Below, piece by piece: positions 49,003-58,530 of a DNA stretch of 64,000 bases. The position numbers and the translations under genes were made by a program. The notes beneath the pieces are model-generated. The model was not told the origin of the DNA, searched no databases, and saw only the letters and a list, made by a program, of their open reading frames with translations. Position 1 is the first letter of the stretch; each line of letters starts with the position of its first letter. This DNA is from Candidatus Bathyarchaeota archaeon (GTDB taxonomy: Archaea > Thermoproteota > Bathyarchaeia > Bathyarchaeales > Bathycorpusculaceae), in NCBI GenBank assembly GCA_963717465.1, contig OY970340.1, forward strand, positions 2,400,001 to 2,464,000. Reading direction: 5' to 3'.

Positions 49003-50802
49003 GTGGAGAATAAACCGTTGATTGACAAGCCAGTTACATGGAACCTAACAGAATTTTTCAGCAGCATAACAGACCCCAAAATAAATCTGGCCATAGAAGA
49101 ACCTAAATCTTTGGCTGACAAAATTGAGAAGACTTATCGAGGCAAAATCGCCAAGTTGTCTGCGCAACAACTGCTTTCTTGTCTTCAAGAAATGGAAGCA
49201 TTCACTCTAAAATTTGGCGACTTAGCCTTGTACGCGAGTCTTTCATTTGCTGCAAACATGACACTGCCAGAAACGCAATCGCTAAATGACCGTGTTAGCA
49301 AACTTGATGCTGCCATTAGTAAGCAGTTAGCGTTTTTCTCTCTGGAGCTGGGCGCACTTGTTAAAGCTAAACCTCAGATTATCCAAGAGCCAGCTTTAGC
49401 TAATTATAAACATGTGCTTGAACGAGTCTTGCTTCGGGTTGAGCATCAGCTGTCTGAAGTTGAAGAGCAACTAATTATTGAAAAGGACCAGTTTGGCGTA
49501 AATGGTTGGGAAGAACTTCAGAGCAAGTGGCTTAACACCCGCATGTTCGAAGTAATGGTTATGGGCGAGAAAAAAACACTCTCATATGCAGAAGCAAACG
49601 GATTGCTTTCTCACCCAGACCGCTCAACCAGAGAATCAGCTAACCGATCGATTTATGGACTCTTGGGCAAGGATGGCGAGGTTTTCTCTTCATCTCTTCG
49701 GAACATATGCAATGACTGGGTGAATGTTTCTAAACGCCGCAAATACAGTTCCCCAATAGAATCAAGCATAATTGCAAACGATACCAAACAGAGCATCGTC
49801 GATAACTTGCTCGGCGTAGTTGAAGACGGTGTTAAGACTTATCAGCGGTATTTGAAACTGAAGGCTAAATTGATGGGGTTGCCAGTTTTGGGAAATCATG
49901 ATATCGTCGCACCCTTACCGGGCATGCCAGAATTAAAGTTTTCATTCAATCAAGCACAAAAACTAATAACTAAAGCTTACAGCCGCTTCGACAATCAATA
50001 CGTGGACGCAATTAAGGAAATGTTTGCTAAAAATCGCATCGACGCTCAACCCCGCTTTGGCAAACGCAACGGCGCCTTCTGCGCAAGCTACTATAATGGA
50101 AAATCAGCTTTTATTCTGGAAAGCTTCAACGGAACCTTAAGCGATGTCTTCACTCTGGCACATGAGCTTGGACATGCAACGCACGATTGGTATGCATCGC
50201 GAAGTCAAACGCTCATGAATACGGCTATGCCCTCAATCGTTGCTGAAACAGCATCAATTTTCGGCGAACTCCTACTTACCGACCAAATGATAGAAGACGC
50301 AAAAACAGATGCAGAACGCAAGATGGTGCTCTGCCATATCTTAGATGAAGCGGGCATGACAGCGTTTCAAGTGACGGCACGTGTCTGGTTCGAGCAAGCA
50401 CTCTACGATTCCATCGCAAAAGACGAGTTTTTGGATTACCCAACCATTTGTCGCCACTGGACAAAAAACCGTGACCGCATTTTCGGAAATGCAGTAGAAT
50501 GGTTCCCCGAAATGGAAGCAGAATGGACAATGAAACCGCACTATTTCATGGCGAATTACCGCTTTTACAATTACCCTTACGTTTACGCTCAAATGTTCGT
50601 TTATGCACTATACGAGAAATACCTGCAGGAACACAAATCCTTCGTACCTAAATTGAAAAAGGCCCTTTCAGCAGGCAGCAGCGTTTCGCCAATTGAAATT
50701 GGAAAAATAATGGACTTGGATGTCGCGGATCCAAATTTCTGGAAACTTGGGGTAAAAAGGTTTGAGCACTTTATTACCGAGCTAGAAAAAATTAAAATTT
50801 AA
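49003..50802 (+). CDS. pepF: Oligoendopeptidase F (M3B)
   Basis: WNLTEFF, GKRNGAFC, TLAHELGHATH, AETAS.F.E, FYNYPY. Confidence 0.93.
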   Translation: MENKPLIDKPVTWNLTEFFSSITDPKINLAIEEPKSLADKIEKTYRGKIAKLSAQQLLSCLQEMEAFTLKFGDLALYASLSFAANMTLPETQSLNDRVSKLDAAISKQLAFFSLELGALVKAKPQIIQEPALANYKHVLERVLLRVEHQLSEVEEQLIIEKDQFGVNGWEELQSKWLNTRMFEVMVMGEKKTLSYAEANGLLSHPDRSTRESANRSIYGLLGKDGEVFSSSLRNICNDWVNVSKRRKYSSPIESSIIANDTKQSIVDNLLGVVEDGVKTYQRYLKLKAKLMGLPVLGNHDIVAPLPGMPELKFSFNQAQKLITKAYSRFDNQYVDAIKEMFAKNRIDAQPRFGKRNGAFCASYYNGKSAFILESFNGTLSDVFTLAHELGHATHDWYASRSQTLMNTAMPSIVAETASIFGELLLTDQMIEDAKTDAERKMVLCHILDEAGMTAFQVTARVWFEQALYDSIAKDEFLDYPTICRHWTKNRDRIFGNAVEWFPEMEAEWTMKPHYFMANYRFYNYPYVYAQMFVYALYEKYLQEHKSFVPKLKKALSAGSSVSPIEIGKIMDLDVADPNFWKLGVKRFEHFITELEKIKI

Positions 50803-51061
50803 TTCCAAACCTAAACTGACTAACTCAATCAAAATGCCTTGTTATTCGCCAAGTATTTGAGGGCAGAAAAGAAAGATTGGATTCCGAGACTTAGCCTTCC
50901 ACCAATGTCTTCAGTTTGTTTATCTCATTAAAGCGCGCCGCGCTAATAAAAAATTCAAGCGCCACGCCACAAAATTCGTTAAATAATTTTTTTGTACGCA
51001 CGCGACCGACGAAAACTGCTGGTCCCACTATGGTGTCCGATACAGATAGGATCGATCATGT

Positions 51062-51493
51062 TCACTTCTTGGATGTGGGTATAACGCCGAGTTGCTGCAT
51101 CAAGCCCAGAGTGTCAGACCTTGACCAGACTTCCACGGCCTTACCACCGACGAAGCGGTAGATCTCGATTGCCCACGTCGATATTTTCTTATTGGTTGGA
51201 GGGATGCCCATAAATGCACCTTTATGGGTGCCAGTCATCGTATAGCGCAGAACTGCCTTGTCCCCTTCGACGACCATGTCGTCAATGGTGAAATGAACGT
51301 CTGGAAACGCGTCATAGATGGCGCTAAAATTCTGTTTTTGGTCATTGCGGCCGTGTGTAGCCCCGCCAGTGCCACTATGAAAGACGATATCAGTGGCGCA
51401 CGTCTCGTCTATTAAGGCCATGGCGGCCGCCTTCCCCTTGTTGCATTCCTCAATAACACGACGCCCGAGCGTCTTAAGATCTTTTGTCGACAT
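51062..51493 (-). CDS. SnoaL-like ester cyclase (NTF2 fold)
   Basis: AFPDVHFTIDDMVVEGDK...GTHKGAFMGIPPT. Confidence 0.92.
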   Translation of the reverse strand: MSTKDLKTLGRRVIEECNKGKAAAMALIDETCATDIVFHSGTGGATHGRNDQKQNFSAIYDAFPDVHFTIDDMVVEGDKAVLRYTMTGTHKGAFMGIPPTNKKISTWAIEIYRFVGGKAVEVWSRSDTLGLMQQLGVIPTSKK

Positions 51494-51690
51494 GACAAAT
51501 CACCCATTAATTGTTGTTAACTGCCTCACTATAAATAAATTTACCGCAAGTTTGCTGGCGAAACTAAAATTTAAATTTTCGCGATTATTTTTTCGAACAA
51601 TTACGGGATTAACTGAAAAACTGAAAAAAAGAAAACATTTAAGCGTTCCAAACGTGCTATTTATCTTAACTTAATTGAGGAGATAAGAGA

Positions 51691-52047
51691 ATGTCACAAG
51701 ATAAAGAACAATTTGGCGACGAAGTTATGAACCTTGTAGTAAAAAAACTCAACGATAAAAAATACAATGCAGAGGGTTGGGGACAAACAATTCAACTAGT
51801 TTTTAATGATATCGCAAAATGCTACAAAATGAAATTTGCAATGGATGGAGCCGTATCGATTGAAAAAATTCCGGCTGCGCAAATGAAAGAGGCAGATGCA
51901 ATTTCTACAGTCACATTTGACAAGGTGGAGACTTGGAAGGGCGTCGTTGATGGAGAAATTAATCCGATGGATGCAATAGATAGCGGTTCAATGGTTCTCG
52001 GCGGAGACATGAATGCGTTATACAAACTGATGCCTGCAATTGGTTAG
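51691..52047 (+). CDS. SCP2 sterol-carrier-like domain protein
   Basis: ADAI...W..VVDGEINPMDA...G.M.L.GD. Confidence 0.75.
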   Translation: MSQDKEQFGDEVMNLVVKKLNDKKYNAEGWGQTIQLVFNDIAKCYKMKFAMDGAVSIEKIPAAQMKEADAISTVTFDKVETWKGVVDGEINPMDAIDSGSMVLGGDMNALYKLMPAIG

Positions 52048-52086
52048 CAAATTTCAAACAGAACATAATGTGAGGTAAGTTAAGTC

Positions 52087-53112
52087 ATGAAGGCCGCATT
52101 ATTATATCCTGATAATACTCCTGAGGGAAAATTCCGCATAGAGGACATACCAAAACCGGAAATTGGAGCAGGGGAGGTTCTTATTAAAGTTGATTTTTGC
52201 GGTATATGCGGTACAGACCTTCACATGCCGTATGATGCTTTAAGAATGGTGCAACGCACGCAGCATCCACTCATAGGACACGAGTTTTCAGGTGTTATAA
52301 CTAATGTTGGAGATGGAGTTAAAAAGCTTAAAGTAGGCGATAAAGTCGTAGGCGAAGCAGTAGTACCCTGCCTTAGTTGTAAAGCCTGCAAAGAAGGCAA
52401 ACTAAACATATGTTACGAACTTAAGTCTATAGGCTTCCATCTTCCAGGGTCATTCGCAGAATACGTTAAATTGCCAGCCTTTAAAGTCCTAAAGATTCCA
52501 GAAGGCGTTTCACAAGAACACGCAGCACTAACAGAGCCTCTATCAGTGGCGCTCCATGGAGTCAACAGAAGCAGAGTAAAGTCAGGTGACTCAGTAGTAA
52601 TTTTTGGTGATGGCCCAATAGGCCTAGGTATGGCACAGATGGTTAGAAGAATAGCCTCCAAGGTTATTTTGGTCGGCGCGGTTCATCAAAGGCTAAAGGT
52701 TGCAGAAGAGCTAAAGGTTGACTCAGCTATAAACGCTACAGAACCAAACTACCAGACTAAACTTAGGAGTGCAGTAGGAGTGATAGGAGCAGACATAATA
52801 CTTGAAGTCAGCGGAAATCCCACTGTACCTCAATTAGCACTGGAAATCTGCGCACGCGGTGGAAGAATAGTACAAACTGGCTTGTCAATGTCCTCTTCAA
52901 CTGTTCCATGGATGCATATCATGTCAAAGGAACTCGAAATAGTCGGTGCAAACGGCTACTTGAATGAGTTTTCCACAGTCTTAGATATGATGTCAAAGAA
53001 AATGATAACGCCTGAGATTCTAATTAGCACTATCAGACCGCTTGAGGAAATAAATGAGGCTATGGCAGCTGCACGTGCTTACCAAGTTAATAAAGTGCTG
53101 CTAAAACCATAA
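52087..53112 (+). CDS. Zn-dependent medium-chain alcohol dehydrogenase
   Basis: CGICGTD, GHEFSG, CxxCxxC...C, EPL, GDGPIG. Confidence 0.95.
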   Translation: MKAALLYPDNTPEGKFRIEDIPKPEIGAGEVLIKVDFCGICGTDLHMPYDALRMVQRTQHPLIGHEFSGVITNVGDGVKKLKVGDKVVGEAVVPCLSCKACKEGKLNICYELKSIGFHLPGSFAEYVKLPAFKVLKIPEGVSQEHAALTEPLSVALHGVNRSRVKSGDSVVIFGDGPIGLGMAQMVRRIASKVILVGAVHQRLKVAEELKVDSAINATEPNYQTKLRSAVGVIGADIILEVSGNPTVPQLALEICARGGRIVQTGLSMSSSTVPWMHIMSKELEIVGANGYLNEFSTVLDMMSKKMITPEILISTIRPLEEINEAMAAARAYQVNKVLLKP

Positions 53113-53175
53113 AGATGAAATTGGTTGAAACAAGAAGTCAAGATAGCAACCAAGCGCCATTAGGAGTAATTAGGT

Positions 53176-53505
53176 ATGTGCTTTAGGCCAATTAGAGCTG
53201 AAAGAAATGAAACTGCGGAACAGCCAATAAAAATGGAAGAAGTGTCCTTTCTTCCCAAACAGATCAAAGTTATTATAAAGAACAAGGGAACTGAAGTTTG
53301 CAGCTTGAGGGGAAGAGTCATGATTCAAGACAGGGCAATACGGAATGAGACCGAGCATCCGGTCACGTGGAGTCAAGAAGATATCCCGCAAGACGGAACT
53401 TCCACGGGGACAATCGACTTTGAGTGGGAAAGCGGAAAAACCTATGACATTGCCACCGCGACATTGGAGGGGCAGGTAATATACGGAAATGGGAAAGCCC
53501 CGTAA
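53176..53505 (+). CDS. Hypothetical Ig-like protein, possibly 5'-truncated
   Basis: Beta-sandwich pattern (VIIKNKG...FEWESGKTYDI). Confidence 0.45.
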   Translation: MCFRPIRAERNETAEQPIKMEEVSFLPKQIKVIIKNKGTEVCSLRGRVMIQDRAIRNETEHPVTWSQEDIPQDGTSTGTIDFEWESGKTYDIATATLEGQVIYGNGKAP

Positions 53506-53702
53506 ATTTTTCGTTTGTTCGGCAAAAAAATGTTTCAAGAGATATTTGACTCATATCTGAAACTCGCAGAATTAAGATAAAATCATCAGATTTTGGATTT
53601 GAAGTGGAAACCAGTTGCATTCAAGCTTAAGATTAAATCGCGAATAACCTTGATAATTTGTGGCTTTGAAAACAGATTTCCGATTTTTTTTTGACAAGTA
53701 TC

Positions 53703-54404
53703 TTAAGGTGCGCCTTCAGTGAGTTCTGAAAGAACTTTCTCATCAAATTTCAAAAATGCTTTTGTAATTCTCGCCACCGCTCTATAAAAGTCCTTCTTTG
53801 CGTGTTCCGTTACATCATCTGCCAATTTAGGAACCCATTTATCCAGATGCTGATTAAGGAAGTCTCTTTGAACTTCCAAGAGATTTTTCAATCTCGCCTG
53901 ATCACTATTCTTCAGCGCAGCATCTGTTTTCTCGCAAAGTTGTGCCATGAATGTTAGCTCCAACGCGATGTGATCTTCAGGCTCAAGAAAGTTGCTGGCT
54001 TTTTCCAAGCCTATTATCTTGTACATTTCCATAGCGTTATCTCTGGGTTGCTGCATTATAAAGTGGTCTTTACTTAAGTAAGCGGATTCCGAAGGGTGAG
54101 GTAAATCTGGTTGAATGCCAAGGAATAATGCAGCGTAATCAACGGCAAGCTCTACCTGGACCGCCTTCAATTCGCGGCCTTCCAAAGCTTGAATGTATTC
54201 ACCGAGATTTTTGAATCCGCGTGCAAGCTCGGTGCTTTGGATATCTGGATTTTCGGCCAAAGCTAAGAAAAACTCTTTCTTTTTCAATAAGTCATTGAGA
54301 AACTCTATAGTAACCTCTTTTGCGTAGACGGTTGCCAAAAATGAATAAATAATTTGCCTATTCTTATTCACAGTAACTAGTTCTTCGGAAAAATGATTCT
54401 TCAT
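53703..54404 (-). CDS. TorD/DmsD-family molybdoenzyme chaperone
   Basis: DYAALF, PSESAY, EPEDHIALELTFM, FLNQHL..W. Confidence 0.93.
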   Translation of the reverse strand: MKNHFSEELVTVNKNRQIIYSFLATVYAKEVTIEFLNDLLKKKEFFLALAENPDIQSTELARGFKNLGEYIQALEGRELKAVQVELAVDYAALFLGIQPDLPHPSESAYLSKDHFIMQQPRDNAMEMYKIIGLEKASNFLEPEDHIALELTFMAQLCEKTDAALKNSDQARLKNLLEVQRDFLNQHLDKWVPKLADDVTEHAKKDFYRAVARITKAFLKFDEKVLSELTEGAP

Positions 54405-54547
54405 GACGCTTCACATTTTCGAGTCAGTTACATAAAAGATTAGGTAATATAAAAAAATAATCGCCCCACGTGCCGATCTTATACTCGAAGTTTTCGAGCT
54501 GCAATATAAAGATGGGAGATAATGGTTTGGGCTTGTTAAAAGCCATC

Positions 54548-55414
54548 TTATTTTGTAAGATGACTAACGCAGCACTCCAGCATTACGTCGCCCAAGTAGA
54601 TATCTTTGTCAACGGCAATGTTTTCCATTAGCAATGCGTTGTAGCCTGAGAGTTCCACTCTCAATGTGTATTTGCCTTTATCCAACCCTTCGAAAGCAAA
54701 GTCGCCGTAGTTGTTTGTCGTCGTATCCAGTACTTGTCCTGTCGCTTCATTCTTTAGTGTTACTATCGCGCCATCCACGCAATCATCATTCAAATTGCTG
54801 TAGATTGAACCTGCGAGAAACGGCTTAGTGTGTTTATCCAAGTTAATGTAGAATACGTTTGGCTTAGTGTTATACTCTGGATGCAACTGCTTTGCTGCTC
54901 CACTGGCAACCAACTTGGCTACTTCGCTGGCTGGATCGTCTAAGTCACCAAAGGAAATTGCGGTAACGGGGCAAGAGTCAACGCACCGTGGCTTCTTCCA
55001 TCCTCTCTCAAGCAGATGCACGCAGAATGTGCATTTCTGCGGGATTGCTAATTCGTCATTCCAATAGGGAACACCGTATGGACAGTTTTTCTTCATGCTG
55101 CGTTGTCCAGCGCTTTTCACTGGATCGAAGATTACGATTCCGTCAGGGCGTTTGTATCCTGCTCCAGCTGGAGCTTCCTTAAGGCACATTGGATTATCGC
55201 AGTGCATGCATGGCATGGGTATGTGAGTATTCCAAGCTTTAGGGCATTTTCCGCGTTCCTTCTCGATTACTTTCATCCAGAAGTGTCCCATGTCCGGTTG
55301 GGCTTGGGAGTATGGTGGCCAAGCATTGCCAACGTATTCGTCTCTGCAAGCTAGATAGCAAGTGTAGCATCCGATGCATTTCTTTAGGTCAATAACCATC
55401 CCGTACTTTGTCAT
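54548..55414 (-). CDS. Fe-S subunit with C-terminal beta-sandwich (BthL-like)
   Basis: CIGCYTC...C.DEY, CMHCDNPMC, CPYG, CTFCVH, CVDSCP; C-terminal TNNYGDFAFEGL domain. Confidence 0.88.
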   Translation of the reverse strand: MTKYGMVIDLKKCIGCYTCYLACRDEYVGNAWPPYSQAQPDMGHFWMKVIEKERGKCPKAWNTHIPMPCMHCDNPMCLKEAPAGAGYKRPDGIVIFDPVKSAGQRSMKKNCPYGVPYWNDELAIPQKCTFCVHLLERGWKKPRCVDSCPVTAISFGDLDDPASEVAKLVASGAAKQLHPEYNTKPNVFYINLDKHTKPFLAGSIYSNLNDDCVDGAIVTLKNEATGQVLDTTTNNYGDFAFEGLDKGKYTLRVELSGYNALLMENIAVDKDIYLGDVMLECCVSHLTK

Positions 55415-55417
55415 TGT

Positions 55418-58210
55418 TTATACCCCCTCCACTTGTACTAGGAACCAACCTACGGCGAAACCGAAGCAGTTGGCTGAAATAGTTTTATACGGTGAAATCG
55501 CTGCAACCATGCCGTTCGTATCCATCAACGGATCAGCGGCTGCTGGACCAGCTGGGCGGTAGTTAGCTCCGAATGTCTGGCGGACGACTCCTGGAGGCAC
55601 GAATTCTGTAATGTGTACTGCTGAAAGAACTGTTCCGCGGTCGTTAAAGACTTTGACGATATCACCTTCTGACAAATGTCTGTCTTCTGCGTCGATTGGA
55701 TTCATCCACATGGCCTGCGTCCAGACACCGTTTTTCGCTTTTATCATCCAGCGAGGTGTTGTCTCCCAGAGCCAGGTGGCGCTTCTGTACCTGCTATGGA
55801 ATCCGAATCGTGAGTGAGAAGTTGCTAGGAGCAGTGGGTACTTTCTTCCGCGTTTTGAAAGTCGGCTCTCTTGGTGTGTTATTCCTTCAGCGACGTAGTG
55901 TGGTACTGGCGCTCTTTCTTTGTCGTCTGGGAAGAACTTCTTGAGGTTCGTCGATTCGAATTCGAATTTCCCGGAGGGTGTTCTAAGTCCCTTTCCCTCA
56001 GGCTGGTCATGGTACCAACGGAGTCCGGGGCTTCTCTTGTATGTCTCCATGTCTGGGAACTTTACGACGTAGTATCCTTTCTTCTTGAAGTCGTCAAGGC
56101 TCATGACTTTGCTAGCTGGGCAGTCTCTCTTATAGACCAACTTCATCATTTCGTCCAAAGTCATCCCATCAGAAAACTCTCTTTCAAAGCCTAGTTTTCT
56201 TGCTAGTTCAGTGGTAATTTCAAGGTCTGATTTAGATTCCCCTATTGGTTCGATGCATTTTTCCATAAATGCGTATACGTCGTTACCCCACGCGTTTTTC
56301 CAAATCCATTTCGGAGCAGTACAAGATAATCCAGCATATGAACCGCAGATGTCGTTCTGTTCCATTGGGGTTGTTACCGGCAGAACTAAGTCGGCGAAGT
56401 GACAGTCACCTTCAAACCACGGAACTTGTATACATATGAACTCTAGTTTGGGACTCCTGAAAGCTTTCATCCATTCGTAAGTGCCGTTCCAATTTGCTAT
56501 CATTGAAGCGTAACCACTCCAGTACATGTGAATTTCAGACAGACCAGGGGTTGGATAAGTGGCTTTCCAGAACTGTTGCGTTGGATTAGTATGGAATCCC
56601 CAATCTCCTCCGCTGACTTCCGATGGTGGCCCGCGGGGTGCTTTTCCAGGTTCCACTGTTTCGCCATTGATGCCTCCATACCACGATACTGGGGGGTTCA
56701 GGATGCCGCCTGGGAACTGGGTGTAAAATACACTCTGCATTACTTTATTTTGTGGGAAGGAGTTGTATTGATACATTACCATGCGAGACCATTTTGCAGC
56801 GTCAGGATTGGTTGGTGCGGATGGAGTTGAGAACATGGTAACACCTGGCTTTCCATAACCCTGCATAACCAACAGCAGAATAGCCATTCTACAATGTTCA
56901 CTACCATATGGACCTCTACCTGCCATACAGTGCGTGGATATAGATGTAGTTTTTGAAGCCCATTCTTTTGCAAGTGCCCTTGTTATTCTGGCTTTGACAC
57001 CGGTAATCTTTTCAGCCCATTGAGGTGTCTTTGGAATTCCATCCTCGTCCCCCATGACATATTCTTTAAACTTGTCGAAGCCGATACTGTGAGTCTTGAC
57101 ATATTCCTTGTCATAAGTATCATCCTTAATCCATTGATAGGCAATCGCGGCCATTAATGCTGCATCGGTGCCTGGGTAAATTGGAATCCATTTGTCCGCT
57201 AATTTGCTTGTTAGCTCGTTACAGTCTACGTTGATCGCAACGATCTTTATTCCAAGGTCCTTAATCCAGTTCCACCAAACGTTGCTATCATTTCCTTCTC
57301 CCTCATAGGTTGTAAGTGCATCCTCTGCCCAAACTACAAGAAGCTTGGTGTTCTGCAGAACATCCTCTAGCACATCTAAGCAACCGCCAAGATATCCCGT
57401 TGGGTTAAACATGAAACCGCAGTGGTGATATCCACCCCAGAAAAAGCCTTCTGCACTGTCAGTGTTGCGCACCAGAGGTGTATGCCCGCCGAAAACTGTT
57501 AGAAATCGATCGATCTTTCTTGTATGAAGCCTTGCAGCAATCCCATGTCCACTGTCTTTCATTGCTATTGCTGAGTTCCCATATGTCGTCTTCATCCGCT
57601 TCAGTTCACTTGCTAAGATGTCAAAGGCTTCATCCCAAGTAATTCTAACAAATTCACCCTTGCCTCGGTTCTCAACACTACTCTTGCCGCCTGGTTCGAA
57701 CCCGACACGTTTCAAGGGGTACTTGACACGGTTTGATGCGTAAACAATTCTGCGGAACGCTTGGTCGAAGGTTGAAATGTGTGTCTTCTTTTCAGGAGTG
57801 TAGGTTTTGCCGCCAGCTGTGATACTCCATGGATGCGCTTCCTCTTCAGTGAAAGTCATTGGCGTAACGCGGATAATGCGCCCGGCTTTCGTGTAAACCC
57901 AAGCTGGGGCACCGCCTAGGACATCGCCTACAATAAAAGGATGCCTCTGTTCATCCTCCGCTTGAGGATTAATTGGGTTCGCAGTCACCGTTACGCCGCT
58001 TTGAGCCAAGGGTTTTGACTGCTGCAGAAGCCCGCTTCCACCCTTATCCAAGCCTGCTACCGCTGTGGCAGCTGCAGATAAAACGCGCTCCGACGCTTCT
58101 TTGCCTATTTGCTCCGGATATAAAGTCTTAGGTCCAACAAGTTCATTTGAATCTTCCGATTTCTTGTTTACACCCATATCTGGTAAATTTGCTATAACAT
58201 CCGTTGCCAT
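55418..58210 (-). CDS. DMSO-reductase-family molybdopterin enzyme, transhydroxylase AthL-like
   Basis: GGAPAWVYTKAGRIIRVTP...W.I.A.GKTYTP, RVKYPLKR, NTDSAEG (Ser ligand), ADLVLP, C-terminal MGD-binding domain; no N-terminal Fe-S motif. Confidence 0.85.
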   Translation of the reverse strand: MATDVIANLPDMGVNKKSEDSNELVGPKTLYPEQIGKEASERVLSAAATAVAGLDKGGSGLLQQSKPLAQSGVTVTANPINPQAEDEQRHPFIVGDVLGGAPAWVYTKAGRIIRVTPMTFTEEEAHPWSITAGGKTYTPEKKTHISTFDQAFRRIVYASNRVKYPLKRVGFEPGGKSSVENRGKGEFVRITWDEAFDILASELKRMKTTYGNSAIAMKDSGHGIAARLHTRKIDRFLTVFGGHTPLVRNTDSAEGFFWGGYHHCGFMFNPTGYLGGCLDVLEDVLQNTKLLVVWAEDALTTYEGEGNDSNVWWNWIKDLGIKIVAINVDCNELTSKLADKWIPIYPGTDAALMAAIAYQWIKDDTYDKEYVKTHSIGFDKFKEYVMGDEDGIPKTPQWAEKITGVKARITRALAKEWASKTTSISTHCMAGRGPYGSEHCRMAILLLVMQGYGKPGVTMFSTPSAPTNPDAAKWSRMVMYQYNSFPQNKVMQSVFYTQFPGGILNPPVSWYGGINGETVEPGKAPRGPPSEVSGGDWGFHTNPTQQFWKATYPTPGLSEIHMYWSGYASMIANWNGTYEWMKAFRSPKLEFICIQVPWFEGDCHFADLVLPVTTPMEQNDICGSYAGLSCTAPKWIWKNAWGNDVYAFMEKCIEPIGESKSDLEITTELARKLGFEREFSDGMTLDEMMKLVYKRDCPASKVMSLDDFKKKGYYVVKFPDMETYKRSPGLRWYHDQPEGKGLRTPSGKFEFESTNLKKFFPDDKERAPVPHYVAEGITHQESRLSKRGRKYPLLLATSHSRFGFHSRYRSATWLWETTPRWMIKAKNGVWTQAMWMNPIDAEDRHLSEGDIVKVFNDRGTVLSAVHITEFVPPGVVRQTFGANYRPAGPAAADPLMDTNGMVAAISPYKTISANCFGFAVGWFLVQVEGV

Positions 58211-58530
58211 TTTCTCTTATCTCCAATTTTCTTTAAGGAGCCCAAACATTTATAAAACTTTCGAGAACGCGGTAACAATTTTTCAAAAATTAGTGATAGG
58301 AAATTGCAACATTTTTTCAAAAAATCTCTAATAACAATAATTTTTCAAAAAATTGTAAAAATAAGGTTTCTTCCGAAAAAATTAAATTCACGCACGTTTT
58401 GAAGCAACTCCTTAGCCACTTTACTTTTAGGCAAAGGTACTATAACAAAAGAACACGTTAAAATAGCCTATGACGGGCTAACGCTTCAAATATAGATTTT
58501 CAACAAACCCGCAACAGGTGGCCCGTTACA

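Noticed and set aside
51010..51030. CGAAAACTGCTGGTCCCACTA as a seventh att copy (a similar string lies at ~26244-26256, minus)
   Set aside because: Too degenerate and lacks the 23-nt arm; cannot be told from chance by eye.
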